Assembly: GCF_038025025.1 (NCBI RefSeq)
Contig: NW_027117338.1
Span: 186,001 to 250,000 of the forward strand
DNA length: 64,000 nt
Source: Phyllosticta citribraziliensis
Taxonomy: Eukaryota
Reading direction: 5' to 3'
Part shown: one piece after another, positions 37,419 to 49,141 of the stretch
Layout: every line of letters starts with the position of its first letter
Numbering within the stretch: position 1 is the first letter of the stretch
The notes under the pieces: model-generated
The model's database searches: none
The model's input: the letters and a program-made list of their open reading frames with translations, nothing else
What the model was told of the DNA's origin: nothing
Program-made: the position numbers and the translations under genes

Positions 37419-39221
37419 TCATTCCCCAGACAAGAGCAAGGACCGCTCCCCCTCGACATCCTCAACCTTGGTTTCATCATCCAAGCGGATCCAAAGCAAC
37501 GCCACAGCCACCGCAACCAGCGCTCCCGCACACGCCACAAACGGCAGCCCACTCGCCCAACTTCCCACCGACAAGCCCCAATCAAACAAGCCCGCCATGG
37601 CCGGCGTCCCCGCCATCAGGCCCGCGGCATCGACCAGCGTCAACACCGTGTACAGCCGGGCGACGTGATGCTGCTCGACGAAGCTGGTGACCAAGCTCCG
37701 GATCAAATACATGACGCCCCACCCGGCGACCTGGACGGGGAGCGCGGAGATGAGCCACGGCAGCGACGGCGCGAGGCCGATGCCCAGGAAGCCGACGGCC
37801 AGCGTGGCGGCGGAGCAGCGCGCCAGGAGCAGGTCTTTGCGCTGCGCGGCGAAGTGCAGGCGCTTGGTTAGGTGGTGGGCCAGCGCTGGCAGCACGAGAA
37901 GCAGCGTGAACATGACGAGGCCGGCCTGCAGCGAGATGACCAGCGTGGCGCGCGAGATGGGAATGTGGTAGCGGGCGGACGTGTATTGCAGGAGGAGGTC
38001 GGTCGTGTTGTAGAGGAGAAGGTGGATGCTGTAGCTGGGCAAGAGCACCAGGATGCGTGTGTCCGACGTCAAGAACGCGACCGAGTGATGGAGACTTTTG
38101 ACGAGGCTTTTGACGCGGTGTGGTAAGGTTGTTGCTCTTGGAGAGCCACAACTCGAATCTTGTGTTGGTTCGGTGGTCGTCAGGGCGGGAGCCTCCTTGT
38201 ACTCCATGGTCTCTGGCAAGAAGCATACAACCATGAAGCTGAAGAAGAAGATTGCTGATCCGACCATGGTCGGGGTAAAGGGACCGAATTGCATCAGCCA
38301 GGCGCTCAGCGGTGTTGCAAAGAAGTTTGTAAAGAGCTGGGCCGCGCCCATGCGGAAGAAGACGTTTACTCTGCATCATTCAGCTCTATTCAACGGTTCC
38401 AGTCAGTAAGTACACACCTTTCATCTTGATCCGTGACGTCTGCAACGGACGTGTACAGCACAGCGCCAGCGACAGCACCGCCTCAAAGACCGAGTGTATG
38501 CCACCTAGCCAGACCAGTCTGATAGGCAGCGTCCTCCAACAGTAGCCTGGATCGAGATCAGCACAGGAGCAACTGCCGTCTTGGGCGACAGCATAACCAA
38601 AACGACAAACAACGTACAGACGATTTGAATCCACACGGATTTGGCAAGGAAGGTCGTGACCAAGATCAACAGCATCGGCTTGCGTCCGTACGAATCGGCA
38701 AAATATCCCCACGGTATAGCAAAGGGGAGACCTAGGGAGCGGTCAGCCGCATACCTCTTCTTCTTCTGCCCGTCTCCATACGAAGCAAACAAACTCTAAG
38801 AAAAAGCGCACGACGTACTTCCCGCCGCGTCGAAGAACACCTGCCACGCCTTGAGCAGCGCCACCTCGCCCTGCACCTGCGGCACCTTGCAATACTCCTC
38901 AGGAATCCCACCAACCACGCCGTAATCGTGGCCTCCTTGGCCACCATCATCACCACCAATGCCGCCTCGACTGGAGTAGTACTGCCGGCAGTACACGGCC
39001 TCGTAGATGCGCGTCAGCGCGGGACTTGCCACGACGTCGGCGAACTCGAGACACACGACGACGAGCACCAGGAGGTGGCAGACGGCGGCGCCGCTCCAGC
39101 GGCGATGACGGCGGCCCTGGCGTGTGGCCGAGGACGCCGAGGCGGTCGAGGAGGGCGATGCGCTGCGAGAGAGAAGGAGCGGCGACGCTTCATTGTCGTC
39201 AGCAGTGGGAGATATCGCCAT
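37419..39221 (-). pseudogene. MFS transporter with a 1-nt frameshift (pseudogene or assembly indel)
   Basis: Introns 38732-38818, 38547-38617, 38371-38417; ADSYGRKP motif. Exon 3 is 129 nt but needs 130; the frame switches near 38484. Confidence 0.75.
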
Positions 39222-40158
39222 TGACTATCTTTGCTGGCGGGGTCTGGCAGTTTTGTGTCGGATGGCGTTGCGTTGCTGTGTTCGCTGTGCTGTAGTCGCC
39301 TACATAAGTGTACCTGTATGGGCTTCGAACGAGATATGACAGTCGCGTTTGTCGTCGTCTCGGCTGCCTAGTACCTTGCTGGTGGCAGAGCAGATGACGT
39401 GGGTGTTTGCTCTCACGCCCGCCTGCTCGGTTGGCGATTACGCTTGGTCCAGGGGTGGTTTGCAACTCTCCAATCCAACCAACCAACCAAGCCCGCCTGT
39501 GTGTAGCTACGTGGCTGGCTGGCTGGCGAGAGCGCCTCTCAGTGAGCAACAGAGGTACGCATGCAGCGGAGATTAGGCTCAAAGCCCGGCGCAGCTGTGC
39601 AAGTAAGGAATGGGAAAGTGTTTCATACCCAGGAGAGCAAGCAAAAAAATGCAAGGCTGACAACGAACAGCACTGCCTGCCCCCCCAGCCCAACGTCTTA
39701 TCGGCGAATAGAAAACGAGACAGCAGACGCGCAGAATGTAGATCGGGGAAAGGTGTGCTTTTTTGGGCTGTGTGCGCACGGCCAGCACAGGGCTTTACAT
39801 AGACTCCTCCTGCCTGTTTCGTGTCACGCACACACGAGCCGAGAATGATGTTTCTTCTTCGCCATGTTCCAGAAGCGAGTCGTGGGGTGGTGCGCTGACT
39901 CGCGGCAAAAGCAACGGCGAATAAACTCCTCGGCCGCCATGTTATGGCTTTGACCGCGCGGTCACGAAGTTTATGATGCGACGCGCTTTTGATGGAAGCA
40001 AGATCAAACGAGGAAACGATGAGGTTGATTCGGCGGCCTCTCTCTCTCTTCTACACCTGGGGTATATAACTTTTCCAACAAACGACCACCTTCTTCGCAT
40101 CCTGCATCGTGCATCGCCCACACTTGAGACAAGAAAAGAAAGAAAGAAACGAAAAACA

Positions 40159-41898
40159 TTAAAAGGAACTGTACTCCGGGTTCACCCAGCCCGGCTCTCC
40201 AGCCTTGGCGCGTATCCTGGGACCGAACCGGTGAATCAAGGCCATGACGACGAGGCCCGAAAAGGCCGTGATGATGCCCTGAGCGGCGAAGCTCCACGTG
40301 TAGCCGGCTCCCTCGACCCAGGGCACGATGAAGAAGGGGTCGACGAAGGCGCTGAAGTTGAGGAAGACGGCGTAGAAGGTGACGACGCTCATGGACTGCA
40401 GCGGGTAGCAGTCGACCGTGTAGGCGGCCAGGATGGTGTTGCCGGTTTGGATGCCGGCGGCAACTAGACTTTGTGAGCTTTTGCACGACGATGGCTTGGG
40501 AGGAAAGGGACTTACTGAGGAAAAAGGCAATCTGGCCCACTATCCAGTGGTATCCCTTGTCGATGCTGATGCCCCAGAGAATCAGACCGACGGTCGTGAC
40601 CAGGCACGCAGGGTAAACGAGCCACAGGCGCATCTCAGCGACGCGAACGCCTCCATTCTTTTCCGTCAACTTCAAGATGATCCAGTCGCTGAGACGTCCG
40701 GAGCAAAAGAGCTCGGCGAATAGCGTTCCGAGAATGAGTCCAATGAACAGCAGCCCTTGGATCTGAGGCGAGTACTGAGCGTACGCCGTGGGGATGTACG
40801 TGATGATGGAAATGATCCACCAGTACCAACCAAAGCCGTAAATCAAGACGGAGACTGACACAGTTGGAAGCGCAAACATCTTTCCGAACCGAATGTAATG
40901 GTCCAAGGCGCTTGGATGGTTCATCCCGGGCACGGGCTTGAAGTTGAAAAAGGGGAGGTTCTTTGTGCGCTTCAGCTCAACCTCGGTGGCGACGCTGGGT
41001 GCCCGTTGTGTCTTTTCAATGTCCACGGTTGACTGGGAGTGGTCGAGCCCCTCGACGTACGGCATGTGCTTCAGCATCTTGTTCCTGGGATAGAGAGTCT
41101 CTGGCAGAAAGAAAATCTCTGCAATAAGGATGACGCCAAATTGAATGGCATTCAGCCACTGGACCCAGTACTGGTCGACAAGATCCATGAAGCCTCCAAT
41201 GAGCGGGCCGAGAAGGAGACCCATGTCCAGGGCGAGCACCCACAGGCCCAGCTTCAGACCTCGTTGGTATTCGAAGAACATGTCGTTGATAATGGCCATG
41301 CCGACCGTTGAAGCGGGCGCAGCACCGAGTCCCTGGAAAAATCTAGCCGCCATGTAGCCGCCGTAGTTTGGTGCTACCGCCGCGCCGATTGTGGAAATAA
41401 ACGCGATCAAAGTTCCAACAATGAAGACTATGCGCCGTCCAAAGATGTCGGCGAGCGGGGACCACAGAAAAGGTCCTACGGAAAGGCCGAGGGCTGGGAT
41501 GGCGACGGTCCAGTTCACTTGGTCCAAGGTGATTCCGTATTGCTCTTCGATCTGAGGGAATGAAGGTACAGCTGGGGACAGTGAGCAATCACTGACTGAA
41601 GTTCAAGTTCAGAAAACTTACTGGTTGTGGTGAGGTATGTGAATTCAAAGTATAGAGCCATAAGAATGACGAGGATGGAGTTTTTCCTGGCGGTCGACCA
41701 GTTCAATGGATCCAGGGGATCGCTCGTAGGCTGCGGATGGAGCCTCAAGCCGTGTTTGAGGACCACGCCATGCTCGACCTCGACCGTCGTGTGTGATGCG
41801 TTTTCGACGACGCCATCTTTCTTTTCGTTGTTTGTCAAGTCCGATGCTTTGGTGTTGAGCTGCGAGTATTCGGGCGCTGGCCCAGCGTCTGCCTCCAT
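40159..41898 (-). CDS. MFS transporter (DHA1/Hol1-like)
   Basis: HPQPTSDPLDPLNWS, ADIFGRR, FLPETLY, AEMRL. Introns 41572-41621, 40464-40515. Confidence 0.92.
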
Positions 41899-43190
41899 CT
41901 TGACAAAAACCAGAAACGTCAAGAACAAGCGAAAGAGTGGTGATGCAGCGGAAAGCGTTCAAACTGAAGAATATTGAAAATTTTGGGCTGAGCCCTGGTC
42001 TATCTATACCAGTGGTCGACCTGAATCACAGCAACACAGCAAAATATTTGCCAGGGGAGGACAAGAAGAGGCACAGGGCCGCGAGCCGGGAGGGACAGGG
42101 CCAATCCTTCCCGAAAGATGGCCGCAACGTGCGGCTACGACTTTGATGGCTTCGCGCTAATGTGCATGGAGAGAAGCATATTTCCATGCCGCAAGCTGTC
42201 CCACGCGAGCCGGATAGTGGTGGCTGATTTCGGAAAAGACTGCCGTTCCTTATCTCAAACTACTGTGGTCCGGTTATCAGCGAGTGGCCAAGTGTGAGGC
42301 GGACACTTGTATGACGACTTTAAAGTCACAGAAGAGCTGGAGTTCCTGCATGGGTGTGGTTGGGCGAAGAGATTTGGCGTGGGATGTCAAGCGTCAGTAA
42401 GGTTGGAGTTGTTGTCGTCGAGGATAGTCTGGGACCGGACAGCGAGCCCATGGGGAGGACGTTCTGCCGCTCGTCACCGCCAAAGACTGGCGAGGTAGCA
42501 CGAGCCAGCCCTCTCCATCCAGAACTTCACCTCAGCGTCCGATGTCTCTCCACCATGTCTTCAATAGGCCTCCGTTGGCGATGCCGGCCTCAAATTGGCC
42601 GCTTCCAGACAACCATGCGGAGACGGCCTCCGCCTTGACCTCAACTCCAACTGCGCACATGCAGTACCTAATGCTTAGCCGACCGAGTTAGTCAAGTCCA
42701 AGCCTACTGCGACGGCGATAAGACACTCGCCATCCCTGTCTCAAGCCCTTCGGCACTCCCGCCGGCCTTTGACTCCGACTGCTCCCCGTACATCGACTTG
42801 CCAATCGTCTGTCTCTGCGGCTTTCTCGATTATTCTCACTGCTTACAACGGAGCGCGGCCGACAAAACTTTGCGCTGGCTTCATGCAACAACCATGGCGT
42901 AATGATCGCTCTTATCGCAGCTGCTGTGCCGCCCGCCGTCCATCCAGACTCCGCCGTGACTGTCTGCATTAGTACATTGGTCCTTTTTCAGATCTTTCTG
43001 GAGCATTTTCAGTGACATACGCTCCGCAATTCATTTCAACCAAAAAATTTCCCTTCGCACCACCTTGGGCTCAGGGTGGCTTGTCCTCGTGCTTGCTGAG
43101 CGCCATTGCTTTTCCTCTAGTCTTGCAGCGTTTCTGCAACTTTTTTCTTTTTTTGCTCCGCTCTCATCAATCCAAACGCGCCGGACCATC

Positions 43191-44815
43191 ATGGAAAACC
43201 GACAGGACGACATACCAAGTGCGCGATCATGGCTCCCAAAGTTCCTGCGGCGCGACAACAAACAAGCACTGTCGCATCTTCAGACGCCGGATGAGTACAC
43301 TTCGCTTCTGCCGCCGCGAGAAAGAGAAGAGGGCGAGATAATTGATCTCGAAGATGGAGGACGCAGCCAAACGGAGCTGGTCCTGGCCGAGTTCTGGCTG
43401 TTGTTCAAGAGCTCTGTGCCAGTCATCTTGGCCTACACGCTTCAAAACTCGTTGCAGACAATCTCGGTACTCATTGTCGGCCGGCTCTCCGCAGAGGCGC
43501 TGGCAACCGCGGCTTTTTCATACATGTTTGCCATGGCATCAGCATGGTTGATTGCTCTTGGAGGAACCACGGCCATTGATACTCTGGCTTCGGCCAGCTT
43601 CACGGGCAGCCGCAACAAGCACGACCTGGGAATCATTCTGCAGCGCTCCTTCTTCATCCTCACCCTCTTCTACATTCCCGTGGCCATCTTGTGGATCTTT
43701 TCCGAGCCAGTCTTCAAGGCTCTGGGCCAAGAAGACTACATTGCGCGAGACTCGGCCAAGTTCCTGACTGTCCTTGTACCCGGAGGTCTCGGGTACATTT
43801 ACTTTGAATGCATGAAGAAATATCTCCAGGCCCAAGGTGCGTCTCCGCGCCCGCTTCTCCCTGGTGTCCGGAAATTCCATGCTAATCCGCAGCAGAAATC
43901 ATGCGTCCGGGAACCTACGTCTTGTGCATCACTTCGCCGCTCAACGCCGCTCTCAACTATCTCTTCGTCTACACCTTCGAAATGGGCCTTCTCGGTGCGC
44001 CGCTCGCAACCGGGATATGCTACTGGCTGTCGTTCGCGCTGCTCGTCGCCTACGCGCGATTTGTCGACGGCAGCGAGTGCTGGGGCGGCTGGGCACCGCG
44101 CGCCGCGCTCAACAACCTGCGCGTCTTCTCGCGGCTGGCGTTCCTAGGCGTCGTGCACGTCGGGACCGAGTGGTGGGCCTTCGAGATCGTCGCCCTCGCC
44201 GCCGGCCGGCTGGGCACGATACCGCTGGCCGCGCAGTCGGTCATCATGACCACGGACCAAGTCATGAACACGATCCCGTTCGGCGTGGGCGTCGCGACGA
44301 GCGCGCGCGTGGGCAACCTCCTCGGCGCACGCAACGCGCGCGGCGCCGCGCGCGCCGCCAACACGGCCGCCTGGCTCAGCGTGCTCCTCGGCGCCATCGT
44401 GCTGGCGGTGCTCATGGGCGTCAAGGACGTGTACGCGCGCATCTTCAACGACGACGAGGCCGTCGTGCGGCTGACGGCGCAGGTCATGCCGTACGTGGCG
44501 CTCTTCCAGATCGCCGACGGGCTCAACGGCAGCTGCGGCGGCGCGCTGCGCGGCATGGGCCGCCAGCACATTGGCGCCGCCGTCAACATGGTCAGCTACT
44601 ACGCCGGCGCGCTGCCGCTGGGCATCTACCTCGCCTTCCACGGCTGGGGCCTCGCCGGCCTGTGGGTCGGCCAGTGCATCGCTCTGTACCTCGTCGGCGC
44701 ACTCGAGTGGGCCATTGTCGCCTTTAGCAACTGGGAGCATCAGGTCAAGAAAGCGTTTGAGCGCATGGATCACGGGGACAGGGCTGAGCGCGGGGCCCAG
44801 AGCTACGACGAGTGA
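43191..44815 (+). CDS. MATE family efflux transporter
   Basis: AIDTLASASF, EWWAFEI, ARVGNLLG, GGALRGMGRQ. Intron 43837-43895. Confidence 0.93.
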
Positions 44816-47092
44816 TGGGCGTGGTCTTGCATTTCTTCTCGTTCGTATCTCATTGCGTCTCGGAGTCCAGGAGCCAAGAGTCTTCGATGTGTAGACACAG
44901 ACATAGACACGATATTCTCATGAAAACAATGACTAGCCAAAAAATCCCGAATCCAAACAATTCGCCAAAGCTCTTCCGAATTTACCAGAACGATAACGGG
45001 ATAAGGCCGGAAAGGATGAAAAGAAGAAAAGAAAAGGAAAAAAAAACTTTGCTCAGTGACAGTCCCACCTCATTGGCTGCCGCCGCCACCACCACCCTCC
45101 AGATCTAGGCACATTTCCCGCGGGCAAAGGCGAGCGAGCAAGCAGACTAACTGGCCCGCAAGTCGCCCGTTTGCCTATCGCCCACCTGCTTCCCCACGCC
45201 ACGCCAGATCTGCCTACCACCTAGTCAAATACATACATGCACTAGACGCAGAAAACCTGCAACGATGCAAAAGCGACAGCAGGGTTGAGCCTCGACAAGA
45301 AAGCCAGCGCGCACGCACGCGCCTACGTACCTATTTGCCCACACACCACCACCAATCACCATCAGTAAGCACAGTAGCCAGCTTCTGGACTAGGTACGCA
45401 TCCGGGCTTATCCCACGCGAGGTGGAGGCGGTCGATCTTCTAGAAGGCATGTAAGGCGAGGTGGAGCAGAATACCGAGTGGGCGACGAAGTGGACACTGC
45501 GCGCGGCGGCGGCGGCGGCGCAGAACAGCGCAAGAAAGAGAGTGTTGTTGCGCCGTGAGTCGTGACAGGGAAGGTCGTTTTTTTCTTATCCGTCCGTCGA
45601 CGTGACAAGCATACCTACGTACAGAGGCGTGTATGGATTATGGGCATATCACGACCACCACACGACCACCGTACGCTCTTAGCCATCGACCCATCACCCT
45701 ACCCAAGGTCCTCCCGATTTCCGCCGTCGAGCGAGGCGCGCAGCGCGCAGCAGCCAGCAGTCGTCCCCAGCGCGTCCGTACACAAACAGACGTCGGTAAC
45801 AACCACCGCAACCCACTTCTTCACGGTGGTAGGTATAGATTGCGGGGACGTTTGTCACAGCGTTAGTAGCCACCACTGCGCGCTCTGATTGGGCCGCGCG
45901 CGGGCGATCGACGCGGATCGACGGCCGGGAGACGACGGCCGTTGCGGTGGGACAGACCGGCAGGGGAGAGCTTGAGCACGGGCCGCCGCTTGTGTGTTAG
46001 TAAACGCCGTTTTTCACGGCGAGCTTATCGGCGAGCGACAGGGCTGCTGCGTGGTAGTGGGGTGATGATGCTGGTGATGGGCGGCTGGCTTGTCCGTTCG
46101 TTGCTGCTGCTGCAATGCCGTCATGGAGAGACGGACTGTCAGACAGATTGATGGTCGAACTGGAGGAGGGATTGAGTGGATCGAGCGGCGGCGGCGGCGG
46201 CGAGCTGAGAGAGGTCCCGTCATGTCAGTTTGTCAGTTCATTTTGGTGGTCAAGGCATGGAAGCTCTCGATAGATGCGGAGCTGTCGATTGCTCTCCCGC
46301 TTATCGATGGCCAAGGCCTGCAGCATCCGGCAGTGCGTCGAGACGAGAGCGAACACAGAGCGCTTGCAACAGCCACCTTTTCAGGCCCCTCCGTCGATTG
46401 ATACCTCGCCATTACGTAGGGCGCAGGACGGCGGCGGCGGCGTTGGCAAGCCACGGAGCCGGCGGCCGAGACGACGACCACAGCGGGCGGCAGGCGGGCG
46501 CAGATCAGCCAATTGCGTGCAGAGGGCACGACGTGTAAGAGCGTGTGGTAACGGCGGCATTAGGTAAGTCTCCTAGATGTATGCACATCAACGACGTGGC
46601 GAGAGCGGTCTGTCTGTCTGTCAGGCAGGCAGGCCAGCCAAGGGCGCAGAAAAGCAGACGGGGAGATATGGACTGGGCCAATTGGCCATTGGCGTGGCGT
46701 GGATACGGGAGGTTGGACATGGAAGAAGGGCTGCTGGCTCCGTCATCCATGCTTGCTGCAGATGTTTTCCGCCTTTCTATCCGCCATGGAGCACGTCAGT
46801 CAAGTCAGGCACGGCCGTGGTTTGGTTACCAACGTGCTGGCGCTTGGTCTGTGGGGATGATAATTGGATCCCCTCCCCGCGGCGCTGCGGGTTCAAAAAG
46901 AAACCAAGGAAGCGCGGCACAGCTACCAACTCTTTTGCTGTTCGACCCCTCTGCTGCTCGAGTGGATGACACCTTCTCCTCCTTGCTGCTTGTCCCTCTG
47001 TCTTTCCAAGCTCTTCATCTTTCCCGTTGCCCTGTCTCGCGTCGTCTTGTTGATCCTCTTTGCCCATTGGATTGTCCAGAAAGTTTTTGGCC

Positions 47093-48735
47093 ATGAAGAC
47101 CGTTGCTGCTCTCGCAAGCGTCGCTGCGCTGGTGGCTGCCCACGGCGACCACAAGCAAGAGCCCATTGAGGGTCCTCTCAAGGGCATCTGGTACAACTCT
47201 CTGCCCGGCGACGGTGGCACCCAAGCAGACTCGGTGTTTAGCGGCATTTCGACCTTTGGTCGTGTCGGATACTCGCCGTGTCTAGCTACCGACGACGTCA
47301 AGTACGACATTGCGTTCATGGGTATGTCGAAGGTTTCCCAGCATATATTTCTCCTGCTAACTGTCAATTCCCAGGCGCTCCATTTGATACCGGTCAGTTT
47401 GGTCCCTGCGTCGCAGATGTGAATTCTTTTCCGCGGTGGGAAGGGGAGCAACAGTCAACTCCTGGATCCGGATAACAGGATGTCGCTAGAGACTGCTTCT
47501 CGCCATTGCGGACAAGTTTTACACATGGTGTATACTGGACGGACAAAGCTGACTGCGATCAGGCACTTCTTACAGGCCGGGTGCTCGTTTCGGTCCTTCC
47601 GGAATCAGACAAGGTTCTCGCCGCCTCAATCTTTAGTATGTCCCTAAGCCACCGAAGAGCAGAAGCTCACAAGTGATTTGCGGAGGATCAAGGCTCACGG
47701 AGAATTGGATTTAGCGGAGGATACAACGTCCCTTTGGCCGCCAACCCTTTCAACAGCTGGGCCACCATTGTCGACTGCGGTGATGTGCCTGTGACCTCGT
47801 AAGTACTGCCGGGTTGGACATTGTGTTCTGGGGTAGCTGGCTGACCGAGAGACAGGTACGACAACGTCTGGGCCATCAAGCAGATCGAGGAGGGCCACAA
47901 CTCGATTCTGTCCCGTGCTCCGGCTACCAATGCCCACAAGAAGGGTCTGTCGAGGAAGGGCAAGACTCTTCCCCGTGTCATCACCATGGGCGGAGACCAC
48001 ACCATCACCCTGCCTCTGCTCCGCAGCATCAACCGCGAGTACGGCCCTGTCAGCGTCATCCACTTCGACTCTCACCTGTACGCTCTTCCTCTTCGCTTTT
48101 GGTGACCAAGCTGACCGCAACAAGTGACACCTGGCGCCCCAAGGTGTTTGGCGGTGCTCCGTCCGACACTGCCAGCATTAACCACGGCACATACTTCTAC
48201 CACGCCGCGCAAGAGGGCCTGCTCGCCAACGACTCCAACATCCACGCCGGCATCCGCACGACGCTGAGTGGTCTTTCGGACTACGAGAACGACGGCTACT
48301 GCGGCTTCGAGATCGTCGAGGCGCGCGAGATCGACACCATCGGCATCGACGGCATCATCAAGAAGATCCGCGAGCGCGTCGGCACCGAGAGGCCTGCGTA
48401 CCTCAGCATCGACATTGACACGCTCGACCCGGCCTGTAAGTCTCCCAAAGCTCTTGCAACGTATTGAATCTGTTCTGACTGTCCCAGTCGCCCCGGCCAC
48501 TGGCACGCCCGAGACTGGCGGTTGGTCCACGCGTGAGCTCCGTACCATCATCAGAGGTCTCGATGGCATGAACCTGATTGGTGCCGATATTGTCGAGGTC
48601 GCCCCGGCCTACGACACCAACGCCGAGCACACGACCATGGCGGCTGCTGACGCCTTGTACGAGGTCATGACCATCATGGTGAAGAGGGGCCCGCTGAGCG
48701 TCAGCTCGATTGGCGACGACATGGAGGAGCTTTGA
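47093..48735 (+). CDS. Agmatinase/ureohydrolase with signal peptide
   Basis: [47 protein letters not shown]. Six frame-consistent introns: 47322-47374, 47393-47562, 47636-47714, 47799-47855, 48078-48124, 48436-48487. Confidence 0.94.
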
Positions 48736-49141
48736 AGAAACTTGACAAGATACCGAATATGAGCATATGACTGGGTAAACGACAAAGGAAAGGAGGGACG
48801 CGTGGATGACGAGGGTACTGCGTGTTTGTAGAAGCAATACCAAACAATGAAGATATGAAATTGACGAAAGCGCGGAATGGGTCGGAATCGGTATGCGGGT
48901 GATGGAAGGGATTGCGCGAGTGTTTGTATTTCAATGGGAGACATCAAGGTGCATGGCAGTTGGGCGCCTTGTGAAACCACCGACGTGACTTGCCGAATCC
49001 GGAAACGAGCTGCCCTACGCACACCATTTTTCCAGCCTCTTCTAGACTCAGCCTCGTCTTCCACGACAAACCTCCCACTGCGACTTGACACTCTGAACAT
49101 GGGTTGAGGTTTTCGAAATGTCGGGTCTTTGCATTGCATGA

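Noticed and set aside
42135..42190. Upstream ORF MLLSMHISAKPSKS* before the second Hol1-like MFS
   Set aside because: Only superficially like the HOL1 uORF MLLLPS*; it lacks the terminal PS and may lie upstream of the TSS.
44816..46960. Long GC-rich spacer with (GGC)n tracts and many short ORFs
   Set aside because: Simple-sequence repeats only; no consistent exon structure or RNA family recognised.
46966..47169. Out-of-frame upstream ORF overlapping the agmatinase start
   Set aside because: Its ATG precedes the CT-rich tract that usually marks fungal transcription starts, so it is probably not in the mRNA.
47393..47562. Longer agmatinase intron as a riboswitch or cassette-exon host
   Set aside because: No TPP-aptamer consensus, and internal splice sites lack a good branch point or donor.
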